In this document: positions 31,985-42,823 of the stretch, piece after piece
How positions within the stretch are numbered: the first letter of the stretch is position 1
Layout: every line of letters starts with the position of its first letter
From: Bacillota bacterium
GTDB lineage: Bacteria; Bacillota; Clostridia; Lachnospirales; Lachnospiraceae
Assembly: GCA_023389295.1 (NCBI GenBank)
Contig: JAEWEO010000198.1
Span: forward strand, 6,688-70,687
Direction of reading: 5' to 3'
DNA: 64,000 nt
Notes under the pieces: generated by a model
Databases searched by the model: none
The model's input: the letters and a program-made list of their open reading frames with translations, nothing else
What the model was told of the DNA's origin: nothing
Position numbers and translations under genes: made by a program

Positions 31985-32977
31985 CTAGACTAATTTTTGA
32001 CCGCAGTTAGGGCAGAAATTAGCTGGACCGGTTTTGGTTCCACAGTTAGGGCAGAAGTTGGGTTTGCTTGCTCCTTGGGGAGTGGAAGGATTGGCCTGTG
32101 GTTGATAGCCTGCATGATTATTAGGTTGATTTGCTTGATTCATATTCTGCATCATTTGGTTAGCCATGTTGATGCCCATCATCATGCCTGCCATATCGGA
32201 GGCAACTCCACCACCATTTACCTTACCATTGGTCATTCCCTCCGTTAAAGCGATAGACTGATAACGGCCAAGGTCTCCAACCATACTGTGAGAGGCATTC
32301 TTATTTATCATTGCCTGAATTTCTTCCGGATAAGTAAAGCTCATAATATTAAAGCCTGTAGCAGATAAACCGGTATCAAAAAGCTGCATATCAAGATCCT
32401 GTTTAATTCCGGTTGCAATATCAAAGGAGTTGGCTTGTAAATTGAACATATCCTTACCTTCTTTGGATATCCACTTCATTAATAACTGATCCAATATGGT
32501 TACGATACGAAGTCTGACATCTTCTACGAGATAAGTCTGTTTTACACCTGCTATTTTATCAATTAATTTCATATAATCTGCAACCTTAAAGGTAAAGGTT
32601 CCATTAGCGCGAATGGGCATTCCACCAGGAAGCTGTGGAGTAGGAATGTTAATGGCATTTTGTGTTCCCCATTTAACAATAAACTCCTTCGTGTTGATAA
32701 AGAGAACCTCAGCGCGCATTCCGCTGTTAAAGCCAAACTTAAAACCGGAGAGAGTGGAAAGGAAGGGGATAATCTGTGACTCAATATCGTAATCGCCCTC
32801 ATCTTTAAAAATTCCTTCTATTTTGCCGTTAAACAAAAAAACTGCATCCTGGCCAGGACGAATGATTAAACGGCTTCCTTTTTTTATTTCATCATTGCTC
32901 CATTTGTAAAATATCATATCATCACGAAATTCCTGCCACTCTACAACATTAGCAAATTGTTTTGAAAATAAACCCAT
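31985..32977 (-). CDS. SPFH/band-7-like protein with C-terminal zinc ribbon (YdjI-like)
   Basis: GSRLIIRPGQDAVF...KWGTQNAI; C-terminal FCPNCG...FCPNCG. Confidence 0.85.
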   Translation of the reverse strand: MGLFSKQFANVVEWQEFRDDMIFYKWSNDEIKKGSRLIIRPGQDAVFLFNGKIEGIFKDEGDYDIESQIIPFLSTLSGFKFGFNSGMRAEVLFINTKEFIVKWGTQNAINIPTPQLPGGMPIRANGTFTFKVADYMKLIDKIAGVKQTYLVEDVRLRIVTILDQLLMKWISKEGKDMFNLQANSFDIATGIKQDLDMQLFDTGLSATGFNIMSFTYPEEIQAMINKNASHSMVGDLGRYQSIALTEGMTNGKVNGGGVASDMAGMMMGINMANQMMQNMNQANQPNNHAGYQPQANPSTPQGASKPNFCPNCGTKTGPANFCPNCGQKLV

Positions 32978-33148
32978 ATTTAATCCTCCTTTAATAAAGC
33001 TTATTAATTTATCGAAAACTTAACATTTGAATTACCTTGTAATTTTCTATATTATAAACGAAATGGTAGTTGAAAACTATAGTAATCCAGAAAGTTTCCA
33101 ATATAAGTTACCATATAGGGCAACTTTTTCGGTTTTACGGTAGGATAA

Positions 33149-34090
33149 CTAGAATTTACCACTACTTGTGCTATGAGAGTGGCCACCGCTTGATACGCCA
33201 CCGCTAAAGCCACCGGAATTAAAACCGCCACCATGATTGTTATTGTTATTATTCTCAGGCTTTTTTACTCTGGTTACAGTAGTTCTAATATAATCATCTC
33301 TTCTTCCGATAAGGCCGGAGTGGCTCTTGTTCATGTAGGTGTTAGCTCCTGTTGTTATCTTTCCACCGGAGTTGTAAGCCATGACACCAACGGTAATAGC
33401 TCCGATAGCAAGGGATACAATTAATTGAAACCATATATTTGTTAGAATATTATCCTTAGAGTAACCATTGTTACCGTTGTAATTGTTGTAACCATTGTGT
33501 CCATTATAACTATTGTTCCCACTATTTCCATTATACCCATTGCTTCCACTATTTCCACTTGGTGTATCGTAGATGTAATCATGATCGTAGTTTGCGTCAG
33601 ATTTATCTTTCATATAAGTGGCGGAACGTTCAATATAGATCTCGAATGCAGTTTTGTAATCCCCATCACTTAGAAAAGGGGAGATTTCTTCAATAATAAC
33701 ATCTCCACGCTTGGAATGAATATAGCTTTGTGCATTTCCATAGGCTTGCAGACATACATCACGGTTATACATATCGACTAGCAGCAGAACGCTGTCGCCG
33801 TATACCATTTGATCATAAAAGTCCTCGATATATCTTACTGCATTTACCGCATTAGGATCATTATGGGTTAATATGATGATATCAAGGCCGGCATCCTCTC
33901 CATAGGTTGCGCACATTGTATCAAGTTCTTCTGACTCCGATGTGGATAAAAGACCTGCCTCATCATAAATATGTTGAATTTCTTCTGCTTTAACTAAATT
34001 TGTGGTACCGGCTATACCAAACAAAAGGAAAAAGACAAATAAGAATAACAAAAGTTTAGAGAAGTGCTTGTATATTGAATTTATTTTCAT
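33149..34090 (-). CDS. TPM domain membrane protein (YdjH-like)
   Basis: Signal peptide; IYDEAGLLS TPM start; TM helix; Gly/Ser-rich tail GGGFNSGGFSGGVSSGGHSHSTSSGKF. Confidence 0.85.
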   Translation of the reverse strand: MKINSIYKHFSKLLLFLFVFFLLFGIAGTTNLVKAEEIQHIYDEAGLLSTSESEELDTMCATYGEDAGLDIIILTHNDPNAVNAVRYIEDFYDQMVYGDSVLLLVDMYNRDVCLQAYGNAQSYIHSKRGDVIIEEISPFLSDGDYKTAFEIYIERSATYMKDKSDANYDHDYIYDTPSGNSGSNGYNGNSGNNSYNGHNGYNNYNGNNGYSKDNILTNIWFQLIVSLAIGAITVGVMAYNSGGKITTGANTYMNKSHSGLIGRRDDYIRTTVTRVKKPENNNNNNHGGGFNSGGFSGGVSSGGHSHSTSSGKF

Positions 34091-35235
34091 GCTAAACCAC
34101 CTCCCAAAATTAGTGTTAATATCTGCAGAAGAAGAAAGCATCCGATGGAAACTCCCGTAAACCAGGCAAACATTTTAAGCTTACTCAGAGGTGGCTTTCC
34201 GACAATTTTGCCGGTTTGACCATTCATGGCAAAGATATGTTCTGCTTTGCGGTAATCATAGCAAACCATCCAGACGGGCATAAGTGTATAATGTGCTTTT
34301 CTTTTTAAAACATTAATGTTTTTGTGATTATAATTAACAGTAGTATAGCCGTTGATGGTGGAGCGCAGATATTGATCCACATATTGCCCAACCCGTTCTT
34401 TCACTCTTGGGAGCATTTGCTCGTCATTGAAATCGTACTTTTCAGAGATATATCCTGCAAGATAGGGCATGTTGAAATCTTTTAAATTGGCATAATTATA
34501 TGGCTCCAGCTTATCCATCATCTGATCCTCCATTTTCTGGGAGGCGTCGCAGGGGATACGGTCATAATTTAAATCAACCTTACGATAGACATGATACCAT
34601 TTTGTTTCTGTATAAATGTAGTCTCCAAGAGTATAGGTTCTAACCCTGGTACAGGTAGCTTCTACTTCGCCTCGGCCATTCAAATCATAGAGCCAAAAGG
34701 GTACATAGAGACCGGTAATGTTCTTAATACGATCTGCAGTCATAAAATCTTTAGGAGTTAATAATCCTTTGCGGCACCATTTCTTAAAGGCTTCCTGGGC
34801 CTGTTCCTTACTAATGGTAAAAGGAATAACCAAAGATGGAGCTAGACTTCCACTTAAACGATCGCTAAGCACCACACCGGCACCGCAGAAACTACAGGTG
34901 GTGGCAGTTGTTTGAGCATCTGTGATTAATACGGCACCGCAGTTATTACAGTGATATTCCTTAGCTTCTTCCTTGCCAAAGGTGGAGTGTTGGCTGGGCT
35001 CATCCGTATTGGATGGATTTGAATAGTCATGTTCAAAGGCAGCATTGGCTGACCGGACATCCTCCTCATCCATATCAAACTTTACTTCTTCTCCTTTGTG
35101 GGAATGCCCCTTACCTGCCATATTTTCTATGTTATCCGTTCTGCCGCAGCTACCACAGCGCAGCTTTCCGGTCTGGCTGTCAAATGCCATGTCGGCTCCA
35201 CAATTAGGACATTTATAATGAATTACTGTGGACAT
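34087..35235 (-). CDS. TFIIB-type zinc-ribbon membrane protein (YdjG-like)
   Basis: YKCPNCGA...CGSCG and CNNCGA...CSFCG; YVPFWLY; MNGQTGKIVGKPP; C-terminal TM helix. Confidence 0.85.
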   Translation of the reverse strand: MSTVIHYKCPNCGADMAFDSQTGKLRCGSCGRTDNIENMAGKGHSHKGEEVKFDMDEEDVRSANAAFEHDYSNPSNTDEPSQHSTFGKEEAKEYHCNNCGAVLITDAQTTATTCSFCGAGVVLSDRLSGSLAPSLVIPFTISKEQAQEAFKKWCRKGLLTPKDFMTADRIKNITGLYVPFWLYDLNGRGEVEATCTRVRTYTLGDYIYTETKWYHVYRKVDLNYDRIPCDASQKMEDQMMDKLEPYNYANLKDFNMPYLAGYISEKYDFNDEQMLPRVKERVGQYVDQYLRSTINGYTTVNYNHKNINVLKRKAHYTLMPVWMVCYDYRKAEHIFAMNGQTGKIVGKPPLSKLKMFAWFTGVSIGCFLLLQILTLILGGGLA

Positions 35236-35328
35236 CCTTAGACCTCCTTACTTGATAAAATGTCCGCAAATAAGAAAGAGTGAATCTTTTTATTCGCGGA
35301 CATTCGTATCTTCTAATAATGAACTATA

Positions 35329-36003
35329 TTATTTTCCTAAACTAGCCTTTAGAGCAGCCAGTTCATCATCCACACCAGTATCCGTAGTATACTTCTTTGT
35401 TAAATCTTCAATGGTTTGCTCGGAGGAGGAACGGTTTAGCTCAGCCATTGCATTTGCTTTATCAAGAGCTTTATCCGCCATCTCTTCGTATTTACGGAAG
35501 CTAGCAATAGAATCATTGGCACTTGATACGGAGGAACCCATCTTATTAATACGTTCCTGAGTTTTAGCGACGGCAAGCTTACCCTTAATCATATCCTTAC
35601 GTGCTTCCAGTTCATTGATGTCATTCACTAACTTGTCATGCATCTCACGCATATGAGTTGCGTTTGTATGTGCCAATTCATAAGCTTCCAAAAGTCCGGG
35701 TTGTTTGGAGGCCAGGGCAGCTTTCTGCTCCAAAAACTTACGTGCATCAGCTTCGTTATTTGCTTCCAATGCTTTGATTGCATAGGTTTGCATTTTTTCA
35801 ATATCTTCGTTGCAGTCATCCAGAACTCTCTTGGCTCTCTGTTCCTCTGCCATGATAGCTGCTGTTTCAGACTTTACTTTACCAAGGTCAGAGTTTAAGT
35901 TTCTTAAGCATTGGTCTATCATTTTCTCAGGATCTTCTGCTTTATCTAAGAGTGCGTTAATGTTGCTGGACATAATGTCTTTGAATCTTGTTAAAATACC
36001 CAT
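35329..36003 (-). CDS. pspA: PspA/IM30 family protein
   Basis: MGILTRFKDIMSSNINALLDKAEDPEKMIDQ; coiled coil; C-terminal VDDELAALKA. Confidence 0.93.
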   Translation of the reverse strand: MGILTRFKDIMSSNINALLDKAEDPEKMIDQCLRNLNSDLGKVKSETAAIMAEEQRAKRVLDDCNEDIEKMQTYAIKALEANNEADARKFLEQKAALASKQPGLLEAYELAHTNATHMREMHDKLVNDINELEARKDMIKGKLAVAKTQERINKMGSSVSSANDSIASFRKYEEMADKALDKANAMAELNRSSSEQTIEDLTKKYTTDTGVDDELAALKASLGK

Positions 36004-36102
36004 GATATATACCTCCACATGTATTATTTATTCTCCACAAGTGATTTGTATTCAGGCGAATATTATTCGCTTCACCTTTGAAGTTCAACAGTTTATAGCA
36101 TA

Positions 36103-36131
36103 AGTTTAAGCAAAATGCCGGGTAGAGTCAA
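36103..36131 (-). promoter_or_regulatory. Candidate sigma-A promoter of the pspA operon
   Basis: Minus strand TTGACT-17 bp-TAAACT. Confidence 0.5.
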
Positions 36132-36272
36132 GTTAAAAAACGGTTAGAATCATGAGAGAAAGTTTAAGAACCTATTTGCCTTATCAATGGAATCGTTTAG
36201 AAGTTGTAATTCAAAAAAGAGTAGTTTATAATAGGAAGAAAATAATTTACGATGATAGAAAGAGAGAATGTT

Positions 36273-37136
36273 ATGTGGATTGCAAGTGATTGGAAGGATT
36301 ATGAAGTAATCGATACCTCTAACGGGGAGAAATTAGAACGTTGGGGTAATTATATATTAGTAAGGCCTGACCCGCAAGTTATATGGAATACACCAAAAAC
36401 AAACAGAGAATGGAAGAACCCCAATGCCCATTATCATAGAAGTACAAAGGGCGGTGGGGAATGGGAATTTTTTGATCTTCCCAAACAATGGGACATTACG
36501 TATAAAGGTCTAACCTTTCATCTACAACCCTTTAGTTTTAAGCACACAGGGCTATTTCCGGAGCAGGCAGTTAATTGGGATTGGTTTTCTGAAAAGATAA
36601 AGAATGTGAAGGGAAGACAAGTGAAGGTGCTTAATCTCTTTGCCTATACAGGGGGTGCAACCTTGGCAGCGGCAAAGGCCGGTGCAGCGGTTACCCATGT
36701 GGATGCGTCTAAAGGGATGGTAACCTGGGCTAAGGAGAATGCTATTGCCTCTGGTCTTGGTGAAGCGCCTATTCGTTATATTGTTGATGATTGCGTGAAG
36801 TTCGTAGAACGTGAAATCCGTAGAGGCAACAAATATGACGCAATTATCATGGACCCTCCTTCTTATGGTAGAGGACCTAAGGGAGAAACTTGGAAAATAG
36901 AAGAGAGCATTCATCCCTTTATTTCGTTATGTACGAAAGCATTAGTGGAAGAACCCTTATTCTTCTTGTTAAATTCTTATACGACCGGATTACAGGCGGG
37001 TGTTCTAACTTATATGTTATCCGAAGAACTTGTTAAAAAATACGGTGGGAAAGTAGTATCCGATGAGATCGGACTACCTGTAACAGGAAATGGGTTGGTA
37101 TTACCTTGTGGAGCCTCCGGTCGATGGGAGAGCTAA
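36273..37136 (+). CDS. Class I SAM-dependent methyltransferase (RlmI/RlmK-like)
   Basis: VLNLFAYTGGAT and DPPSYGRG motifs. Confidence 0.88.
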   Translation: MWIASDWKDYEVIDTSNGEKLERWGNYILVRPDPQVIWNTPKTNREWKNPNAHYHRSTKGGGEWEFFDLPKQWDITYKGLTFHLQPFSFKHTGLFPEQAVNWDWFSEKIKNVKGRQVKVLNLFAYTGGATLAAAKAGAAVTHVDASKGMVTWAKENAIASGLGEAPIRYIVDDCVKFVEREIRRGNKYDAIIMDPPSYGRGPKGETWKIEESIHPFISLCTKALVEEPLFFLLNSYTTGLQAGVLTYMLSEELVKKYGGKVVSDEIGLPVTGNGLVLPCGASGRWES

Positions 37137-37413
37137 TTGTTATCAAAGAGAATTAGAATGGGATAAATATAATTTAAAGACTAACATAAGATATTAAAAC
37201 AATAGAATGAGGAGGCTGCAGCAATTAGGAGAATATCATAATAGCTGCAGTCTATTCCTTATTATAAGTAGAAAGTAAAAAAAAATATTATCAATACATA
37301 AATAAATTAGTTTGGGATAAACTAACCATAGCTTTGCATGGAAGAAAGTTACATTTTGATTTTTCTTTAGAAAATGTCGCCGAAACGGTCTAAAAAAATC
37401 TAAAAAAAAATAC

Positions 37414-37442
37414 TTGCAATTGTTTATATCATGCTGTATAAT
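37414..37442 (+). promoter_or_regulatory. S10 operon sigma-A promoter
   Basis: TTGCAA-17 bp-TATAAT with an upstream A-tract. Confidence 0.8.
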
Positions 37443-37451
37443 ATCTAATGT

Positions 37452-37556
37452 TGTGACATTGATAGCGTTGAAACGTGAGGTTGCTACCTTAGTAGGGGTA
37501 GGTTTTCCGTGGAGCGAAGGTCAAGTTATGAAACTGGCGACAAGTCACTGTACCAT
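37452..37556 (+). ncRNA. Structured S10 operon leader (probably S10-Clostridia-type r-leader)
   Basis: GC-rich segment closed by GTGAC...GTCAC, starting right after the promoter. Family assignment is from position and recall and needs a covariance-model search. Confidence 0.55.
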
Positions 37557-37743
37557 ATAATGTTCTGCATAGCATAATCTTATGCCTGGCAGATAAAACG
37601 TGTGAAAAATATCATAGAATACTATAGGAGACAAATTAGAGATGATTTGTTATAATATATGAAATATGAAGATACACACGGATGAGTGTACAGTCACCAC
37701 TTGTCGTACTGAAATTAAGTGCGAAAAGGAGGCGGCTTTTTTT

Positions 37744-38061
37744 ATGGCAAGTCAAGTAATGAGAATCACATTAAAGGCGTATGATCATCATTTAATCGAT
37801 CAATCTGCAAGCAAGATCATCGATACTGTGAAGAAGACAGGATCAAAGGTGAGCGGACCAGTTCCGTTGCCGACAAAGAAGGAAGTAGTTACTATTCTTA
37901 GAGCGGTTCACAAGTATAAGGATTCCAGAGAGCAGTTTGAACAAAGAACACACAAGAGATTAATTGACATCATCACACCTACTCAGAAGACTGTTGATGC
38001 ATTATCCAGATTGGAAATGCCTGCAGGTGTGTACATTGACATTAAGATGAAAACGAAGTAA
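37744..38061 (+). CDS. rpsJ: 30S ribosomal protein S10
   Basis: [31 protein letters not shown]. Confidence 0.99.
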   Translation: MASQVMRITLKAYDHHLIDQSASKIIDTVKKTGSKVSGPVPLPTKKEVVTILRAVHKYKDSREQFEQRTHKRLIDIITPTQKTVDALSRLEMPAGVYIDIKMKTK

Positions 38062-38214
38062 TAGCATTCATTTAATGTGAATTGACAACATAGGAAAGAC
38101 AGAAAATAATTATAATAGGTAGAAATCCTTAGGGTTCATATATGATTGTATATAACCATCTAGGATGATCGCAGATGACTGCGATCCGCTGTAGATTAAA
38201 CAGGAGGTAACAAA

Positions 38215-38847
38215 ATGAAGAAAGCGATTTTAGCTACTAAAATCGGAATGACTCAAGTGTTCGGTGAGAACGGAGTTCTTATTCCGGTTACTGTATTGCA
38301 AGCTGGGCCTCTCTACGTAACACAAGTTAAGACCGTAGATAATGATGGCTACGCAGCTGTACAAGTTGGTTATGGTGATATCAGAGAGAGTCTGGTAAAC
38401 AAGCCGAAAAAAGGACACTTTGCAAAAGCAGGTGTTGCAGTGAAAAGACATCTTAGAGAATTCAAGTTTGAAAATGCTGCTGACTACAAAGTTGGTCAGG
38501 AAATCAAAGCTGACATCTTCGCAGAAGGCGACAGAGTTGATGCAGTAGGTAAGACTAAGGGAAAAGGTTTCCAAGGTGCAATTAAGAGACACAACTTATC
38601 AAGAGGACCGATGAAGCATGGTTCCAAATATCATAGACATGCTGGTTCCAACGGTGCTGCTACAACACCTGGTAGAGTATTTAAAGGCAAACACATGCCT
38701 GGACATATGGGTGCAGTAAGAGCGACAGTACAGAATCTTGAAGTTGTAAGAATTGATGCAGAGAAGAACCTCATCCTTATTAAGGGTGCTGTACCTGGAC
38801 CTAAAAAATCCTTAGTAATGCTGAAAGAAACAGTTAAAGCAAACTAG
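38215..38847 (+). CDS. rplC: 50S ribosomal protein L3
   Basis: [20 protein letters not shown]. Confidence 0.99.
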   Translation: MKKAILATKIGMTQVFGENGVLIPVTVLQAGPLYVTQVKTVDNDGYAAVQVGYGDIRESLVNKPKKGHFAKAGVAVKRHLREFKFENAADYKVGQEIKADIFAEGDRVDAVGKTKGKGFQGAIKRHNLSRGPMKHGSKYHRHAGSNGAATTPGRVFKGKHMPGHMGAVRATVQNLEVVRIDAEKNLILIKGAVPGPKKSLVMLKETVKAN

Positions 38848-38873
38848 AGCTTTAAGAAAGGAGGAACACTTAA

Positions 38874-39494
38874 ATGGCAAATGTAAAAGTTTACAATATC
38901 GAAGGCAAGGAAGTTGGCACATTAGAGCTCAACGATGCAGTCTTCGGAGTAGAGATAAATGATCATTTAGTTCATATGGCAGTTGTTCAGCAGTTAGCTA
39001 ACAAACGTCAGGGAACACAAAGCGCTAAAACCCGTGCTGAAGTAAGCGGCGGTGGCAGAAAGCCTTGGAGACAAAAAGGAACCGGTCATGCTAGACAGGG
39101 TTCAACCAGATCCCCTCAGTGGAAGGGCGGCGGTGTTGTATTTGCTCCCAAGCCGAGAGATTATTCCTTCAAGATGAATAAGAAGGAGAAGGCTCTTGCA
39201 ATCAAATCTGCTTTAACATCTAAAGTAAATGAAGCTAAGTTCTTCGTTCTTGACGATATTAAGTTTGATGAGATCAAAACAAAGAAGATGAAGGCAGTTC
39301 TTGATAGCCTCAAGTTAGAGAGAGCATTAGTGGTTCTTGGTGAAAAGAACGACAACGTACAATTCTCAGCAAGAAATCTTCCTAAGGTAAGAACCGTGTT
39401 AACGAACTCCATTAACGTATACGACATCTTAAAGTATGATACTTTAGTATTAACCAAGGATGCTGTAGCAAAAATTGAGGAGGTGTACGCATAA
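38874..39494 (+). CDS. rplD: 50S ribosomal protein L4
   Basis: KPWRQKGTGHARQGS. Confidence 0.99.
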   Translation: MANVKVYNIEGKEVGTLELNDAVFGVEINDHLVHMAVVQQLANKRQGTQSAKTRAEVSGGGRKPWRQKGTGHARQGSTRSPQWKGGGVVFAPKPRDYSFKMNKKEKALAIKSALTSKVNEAKFFVLDDIKFDEIKTKKMKAVLDSLKLERALVVLGEKNDNVQFSARNLPKVRTVLTNSINVYDILKYDTLVLTKDAVAKIEEVYA

Positions 39495-39793
39495 TGGCTG
39501 ATATTAAATATTATGATGTAATCCTTAAGCCAATCGTAACTGAGAAAAGTATGAGTACTATGAGCGAGAAGAAGTACACATTTTCAGTACATCCAGAGGC
39601 TACAAAGAATCAGATTAAAGAAGCTGTTGAAAAGATGTTTACCGGCGCTAAAGTAGCGAGAGTAAACACAATTAATCAGGATGGAAAGACCCGTAGACGT
39701 GGTAACACTTCCGGTAAGACTTCTAAGGTTAAGAAAGCAATTGTTCAATTAACAGCTGACAGCGCTGAGATTGAGATTTTCTCAGGACTATAA
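39494..39793 (+). CDS. rplW: 50S ribosomal protein L23
   Basis: PIVTEKS; KKAIVQL; synteny. Confidence 0.98.
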   Translation: MADIKYYDVILKPIVTEKSMSTMSEKKYTFSVHPEATKNQIKEAVEKMFTGAKVARVNTINQDGKTRRRGNTSGKTSKVKKAIVQLTADSAEIEIFSGL

Positions 39794-39860
39794 TAAAGTA
39801 TGATACAGAATAAGGATGTAGTAGGTAATACGCTGCATCAGTTTGAAAGGAGTGCAAATC

Positions 39861-40703
39861 ATGGGAATTAAAACCTATAACCCATATACACCTTCCAGAA
39901 GACACATGACTGGTTCTGATTTTACAGAGATCACAAAGTCTAAGCCTGAGAAATCATTGGTTGTTTCTTTAAACAAGAATGCAGGCCGTAACAATCAGGG
40001 TAAAATCACAGTAAGACACCAGGGCGGTGGTTCTAGAAGAAAATATAGAATTATTGATTTCAAGAGAAGAAAAGATGGTATTCCGGCTACTGTACTAAGT
40101 ATCGAATACGATCCAAACAGAACAGCAAACATCGCACTAATCTGCTATGCAGACGGCGAGAAGGCATATATCCTTGCTCCTAACGGTCTTACCGTTGGAA
40201 CTAAGATTATGAACGGCGAGAATGCAGAAGTTAGAGTAGGTAACTGCTTACCACTTCAGAACATTCCTGTTGGTACACAGATCCACAACATCGAGTTATA
40301 TCCTGGCAAAGGTGCACAGTTAGTACGTGCAGCTGGTAACTCCGCACAGCTTATGGCTAAGGAAGGTAAGTATGCAACACTTCGTCTTCCTAGTGGTGAG
40401 ATGAGAATGGTTCCGATCATCTGTAGAGCAACCGTTGGTCAGGTTGGTAACATTGATCATGAGCTTATTACAATTGGTAAAGCTGGACGTAAGCGTCACA
40501 TGGGTATCAGACCTACTGTACGTGGTTCCGTAATGAACCCGAACGACCATCCTCACGGTGGTGGTGAAGGTAGAACAGGTATCGGTCGTCCGGGCCCTGT
40601 AACACCTTGGGGTAAACCTGCTCTTGGTCTTAAGACAAGAAAGAACAATAAGAAGTCTAATAAGCTTATCGTGAGAAGAAGAAACGGTAAAGCGATTAAA
40701 TAA
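39861..40703 (+). CDS. rplB: 50S ribosomal protein L2
   Basis: [25 protein letters not shown]. Confidence 0.99.
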   Translation: MGIKTYNPYTPSRRHMTGSDFTEITKSKPEKSLVVSLNKNAGRNNQGKITVRHQGGGSRRKYRIIDFKRRKDGIPATVLSIEYDPNRTANIALICYADGEKAYILAPNGLTVGTKIMNGENAEVRVGNCLPLQNIPVGTQIHNIELYPGKGAQLVRAAGNSAQLMAKEGKYATLRLPSGEMRMVPIICRATVGQVGNIDHELITIGKAGRKRHMGIRPTVRGSVMNPNDHPHGGGEGRTGIGRPGPVTPWGKPALGLKTRKNNKKSNKLIVRRRNGKAIK

Positions 40704-40818
40704 TAACAACGGTTTTAAAGGATTAATTGGATTAATAGTCAATTATCTTATAGCAAGTATACAAATGAATTTGAGAAGACGAATTCATTTGTCAAGAATT
40801 CTAAGGAGGTTAGAATAC

Positions 40819-41097
40819 ATGGCTCGTTCACTAAAAAAGGGACCATTTGCTGATGATCATTTATTGAAAAAAGTAGATGCGTTAAATAAGACCGGTGATA
40901 AAACAGTAATCAAAACCTGGTCACGTCGCTCCACTATTTTCCCACAAATGGTTGGACATACAATTGCGGTTCATGACGGAAAAAGACATGTGCCGGTTTA
41001 TGTAACAGAAGATATGGTTGGACACAAACTCGGTGAGTTTGTTGCTACCAGAACCTATAGAGGTCACGGAAAAGACGAAAAGAAAACAAGAAGATAA
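40819..41097 (+). CDS. rpsS: 30S ribosomal protein S19
   Basis: [21 protein letters not shown]. Confidence 0.99.
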   Translation: MARSLKKGPFADDHLLKKVDALNKTGDKTVIKTWSRRSTIFPQMVGHTIAVHDGKRHVPVYVTEDMVGHKLGEFVATRTYRGHGKDEKKTRR

Positions 41098-41129
41098 TGC
41101 GCGAGCATTGAATGGAAGGAGGTTCATCC

Positions 41130-41513
41130 ATGGCGAAAGGACATAGATCCCAAATAAAGAGAGAAAGAAATGAGCAGAAGGACAACAGAGCAAGTGCAAA
41201 ATTATCATTTGCTAGAATTTCAGTTCAAAAGGCTTGTTTCGTATTAGATGCCATTCGTGGTAAGGATGTACAGACAGCACTTGGTATCTTAGCATACAAC
41301 CCTAGATACGCATCAGCTGTTATTGAGAAATTATTAAAATCAGCAATTGCAAATGCTGAAGTTAAGAATATGGATACTGCGAAGCTTTACGTTGATGAAT
41401 GTTTTGCTAACCAGGGACCGATTATGAAAAGAATTAGACCTAGAGCACGAGGCACAGCTTATCGTATCGAGAAGAGAATGTGTCATATTACAGTAGTGCT
41501 TAATGAGAGATAA
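41130..41513 (+). CDS. rplV: 50S ribosomal protein L22
   Basis: [20 protein letters not shown]. Confidence 0.98.
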   Translation: MAKGHRSQIKRERNEQKDNRASAKLSFARISVQKACFVLDAIRGKDVQTALGILAYNPRYASAVIEKLLKSAIANAEVKNMDTAKLYVDECFANQGPIMKRIRPRARGTAYRIEKRMCHITVVLNER

Positions 41514-41524
41514 GGAGGGCAATA

Positions 41525-42184
41525 ATGGGACAAAAGGTTAATCCTCATGGCTTAAGAGTCGGAGTTATTAATGACTGGGACTCAAGATGGTATGCTGAAG
41601 CGGATTTTGCTGATAATCTCGTGGAAGATTACAAAATCAGAAAATTCCTGAAGAAGAAGTTATTTAGCGCAGGAATCTCTAAGGTCGAGATTGAAAGAGC
41701 ATCTGACCGTTTAAAAATAATAATCTTTACTGCCAAGCCCGGTGTAGTAATCGGTAGAGGTGGAGTAGAAATTGAGAACTTGAAAAAAGAAGTTCAGCAA
41801 TTTACAGATAAAAAGTTAAACTTAGAAATCAAAGAAATTAAAAGACCTGATCTCAATGCACAGTTAGTAGCAGAGAATATCGCTGCACAGCTTGAGAATC
41901 GTATTTCATTTAGAAGAGCTATGAAATCAACTATGGCAAGAACAATGAAAGCAGGAGCAAAGGGTATTAAGACTTCTGTTGCTGGTCGTCTTGGCGGAGC
42001 TGATATGGCTCGTACTGAATTCTATAGTGAAGGAACTATCCCGTTACAGACCTTACGTGCCGACATCGATTATGGATTTGCAGAAGCAGATACAACATAT
42101 GGTAAATTAGGTGTTAAGGTTTGGATTTATCATGGTGAAGTGCTTCCTGTTAAAGGAGCAAAAGTAGAAGGGAGCGATAACTAA
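41525..42184 (+). CDS. rpsC: 30S ribosomal protein S3
   Basis: [24 protein letters not shown]. Confidence 0.99.
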   Translation: MGQKVNPHGLRVGVINDWDSRWYAEADFADNLVEDYKIRKFLKKKLFSAGISKVEIERASDRLKIIIFTAKPGVVIGRGGVEIENLKKEVQQFTDKKLNLEIKEIKRPDLNAQLVAENIAAQLENRISFRRAMKSTMARTMKAGAKGIKTSVAGRLGGADMARTEFYSEGTIPLQTLRADIDYGFAEADTTYGKLGVKVWIYHGEVLPVKGAKVEGSDN

Positions 42185-42621
42185 TGTTAATGCCTAAGAG
42201 AGTTAAACGCCGTAAGCAATTCCGCGGTAGCATGGCTGGTAAGCCTTCTAGAGGCAATACCATTAACCAAGGTGAATATGGTCTTGTGGCTATGGAACCT
42301 TGTTGGATTAAGTCAAACCAAATTGAAGCAGCCCGTGTCGCTATGACCCGTTTTACAAAACGTGGTGGTAAAGTATATATTAAGATATTCCCTGATAAAC
42401 CTGTTACAACAAAGCCTGCTGAAACACGTATGGGTTCCGGTAAAGGTTCATTAGAATACTGGGTAGCTGTTGTTAAGCCAGGCCGCGTTATGTTCGAAAT
42501 CGCAGGTATTCCTGAAGAGACAGCAAGAGAAGCATTACGTCTTGCTATGCATAAATTGCCGGTTAAATGCAAGATCGTATCCCGTGCAGAATTAGAAGGC
42601 GGTGAAAACAGTGAAAATTAA
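42184..42621 (+). CDS. rplP: 50S ribosomal protein L16
   Basis: [22 protein letters not shown]. Confidence 0.99.
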   Translation: MLMPKRVKRRKQFRGSMAGKPSRGNTINQGEYGLVAMEPCWIKSNQIEAARVAMTRFTKRGGKVYIKIFPDKPVTTKPAETRMGSGKGSLEYWVAVVKPGRVMFEIAGIPEETAREALRLAMHKLPVKCKIVSRAELEGGENSEN

Positions 42622-42823
42622 TAAGTATGTAGAAGAGTTAAAAGCAAAATCAGCTACAGAATTAAATATTGAATTAGTAGCTGCGAAGAAGGAACTTTTC
42701 AACCTGAGGTTCCAGAATGCAACAAACCAGTTAGACAACACAAGCAGAATTAAGGAAGTTAGAAAGAACATTGCTAGAATTCAAACAGTTATTTCTGAAC
42801 TTTCTAAGGCTTCTAAAGCTTAA
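42611..42823 (+). CDS. rpmC: 50S ribosomal protein L29
   Basis: KELFNLRFQ...[12 protein letters not shown] start. Confidence 0.98.
   Translation: MKINKYVEELKAKSATELNIELVAAKKELFNLRFQNATNQLDNTSRIKEVRKNIARIQTVISELSKASKA

Noticed and set aside
33941..33949. Perfect DnaA box inside the TPM gene
   Set aside because: Single and intragenic; compatible with chance.
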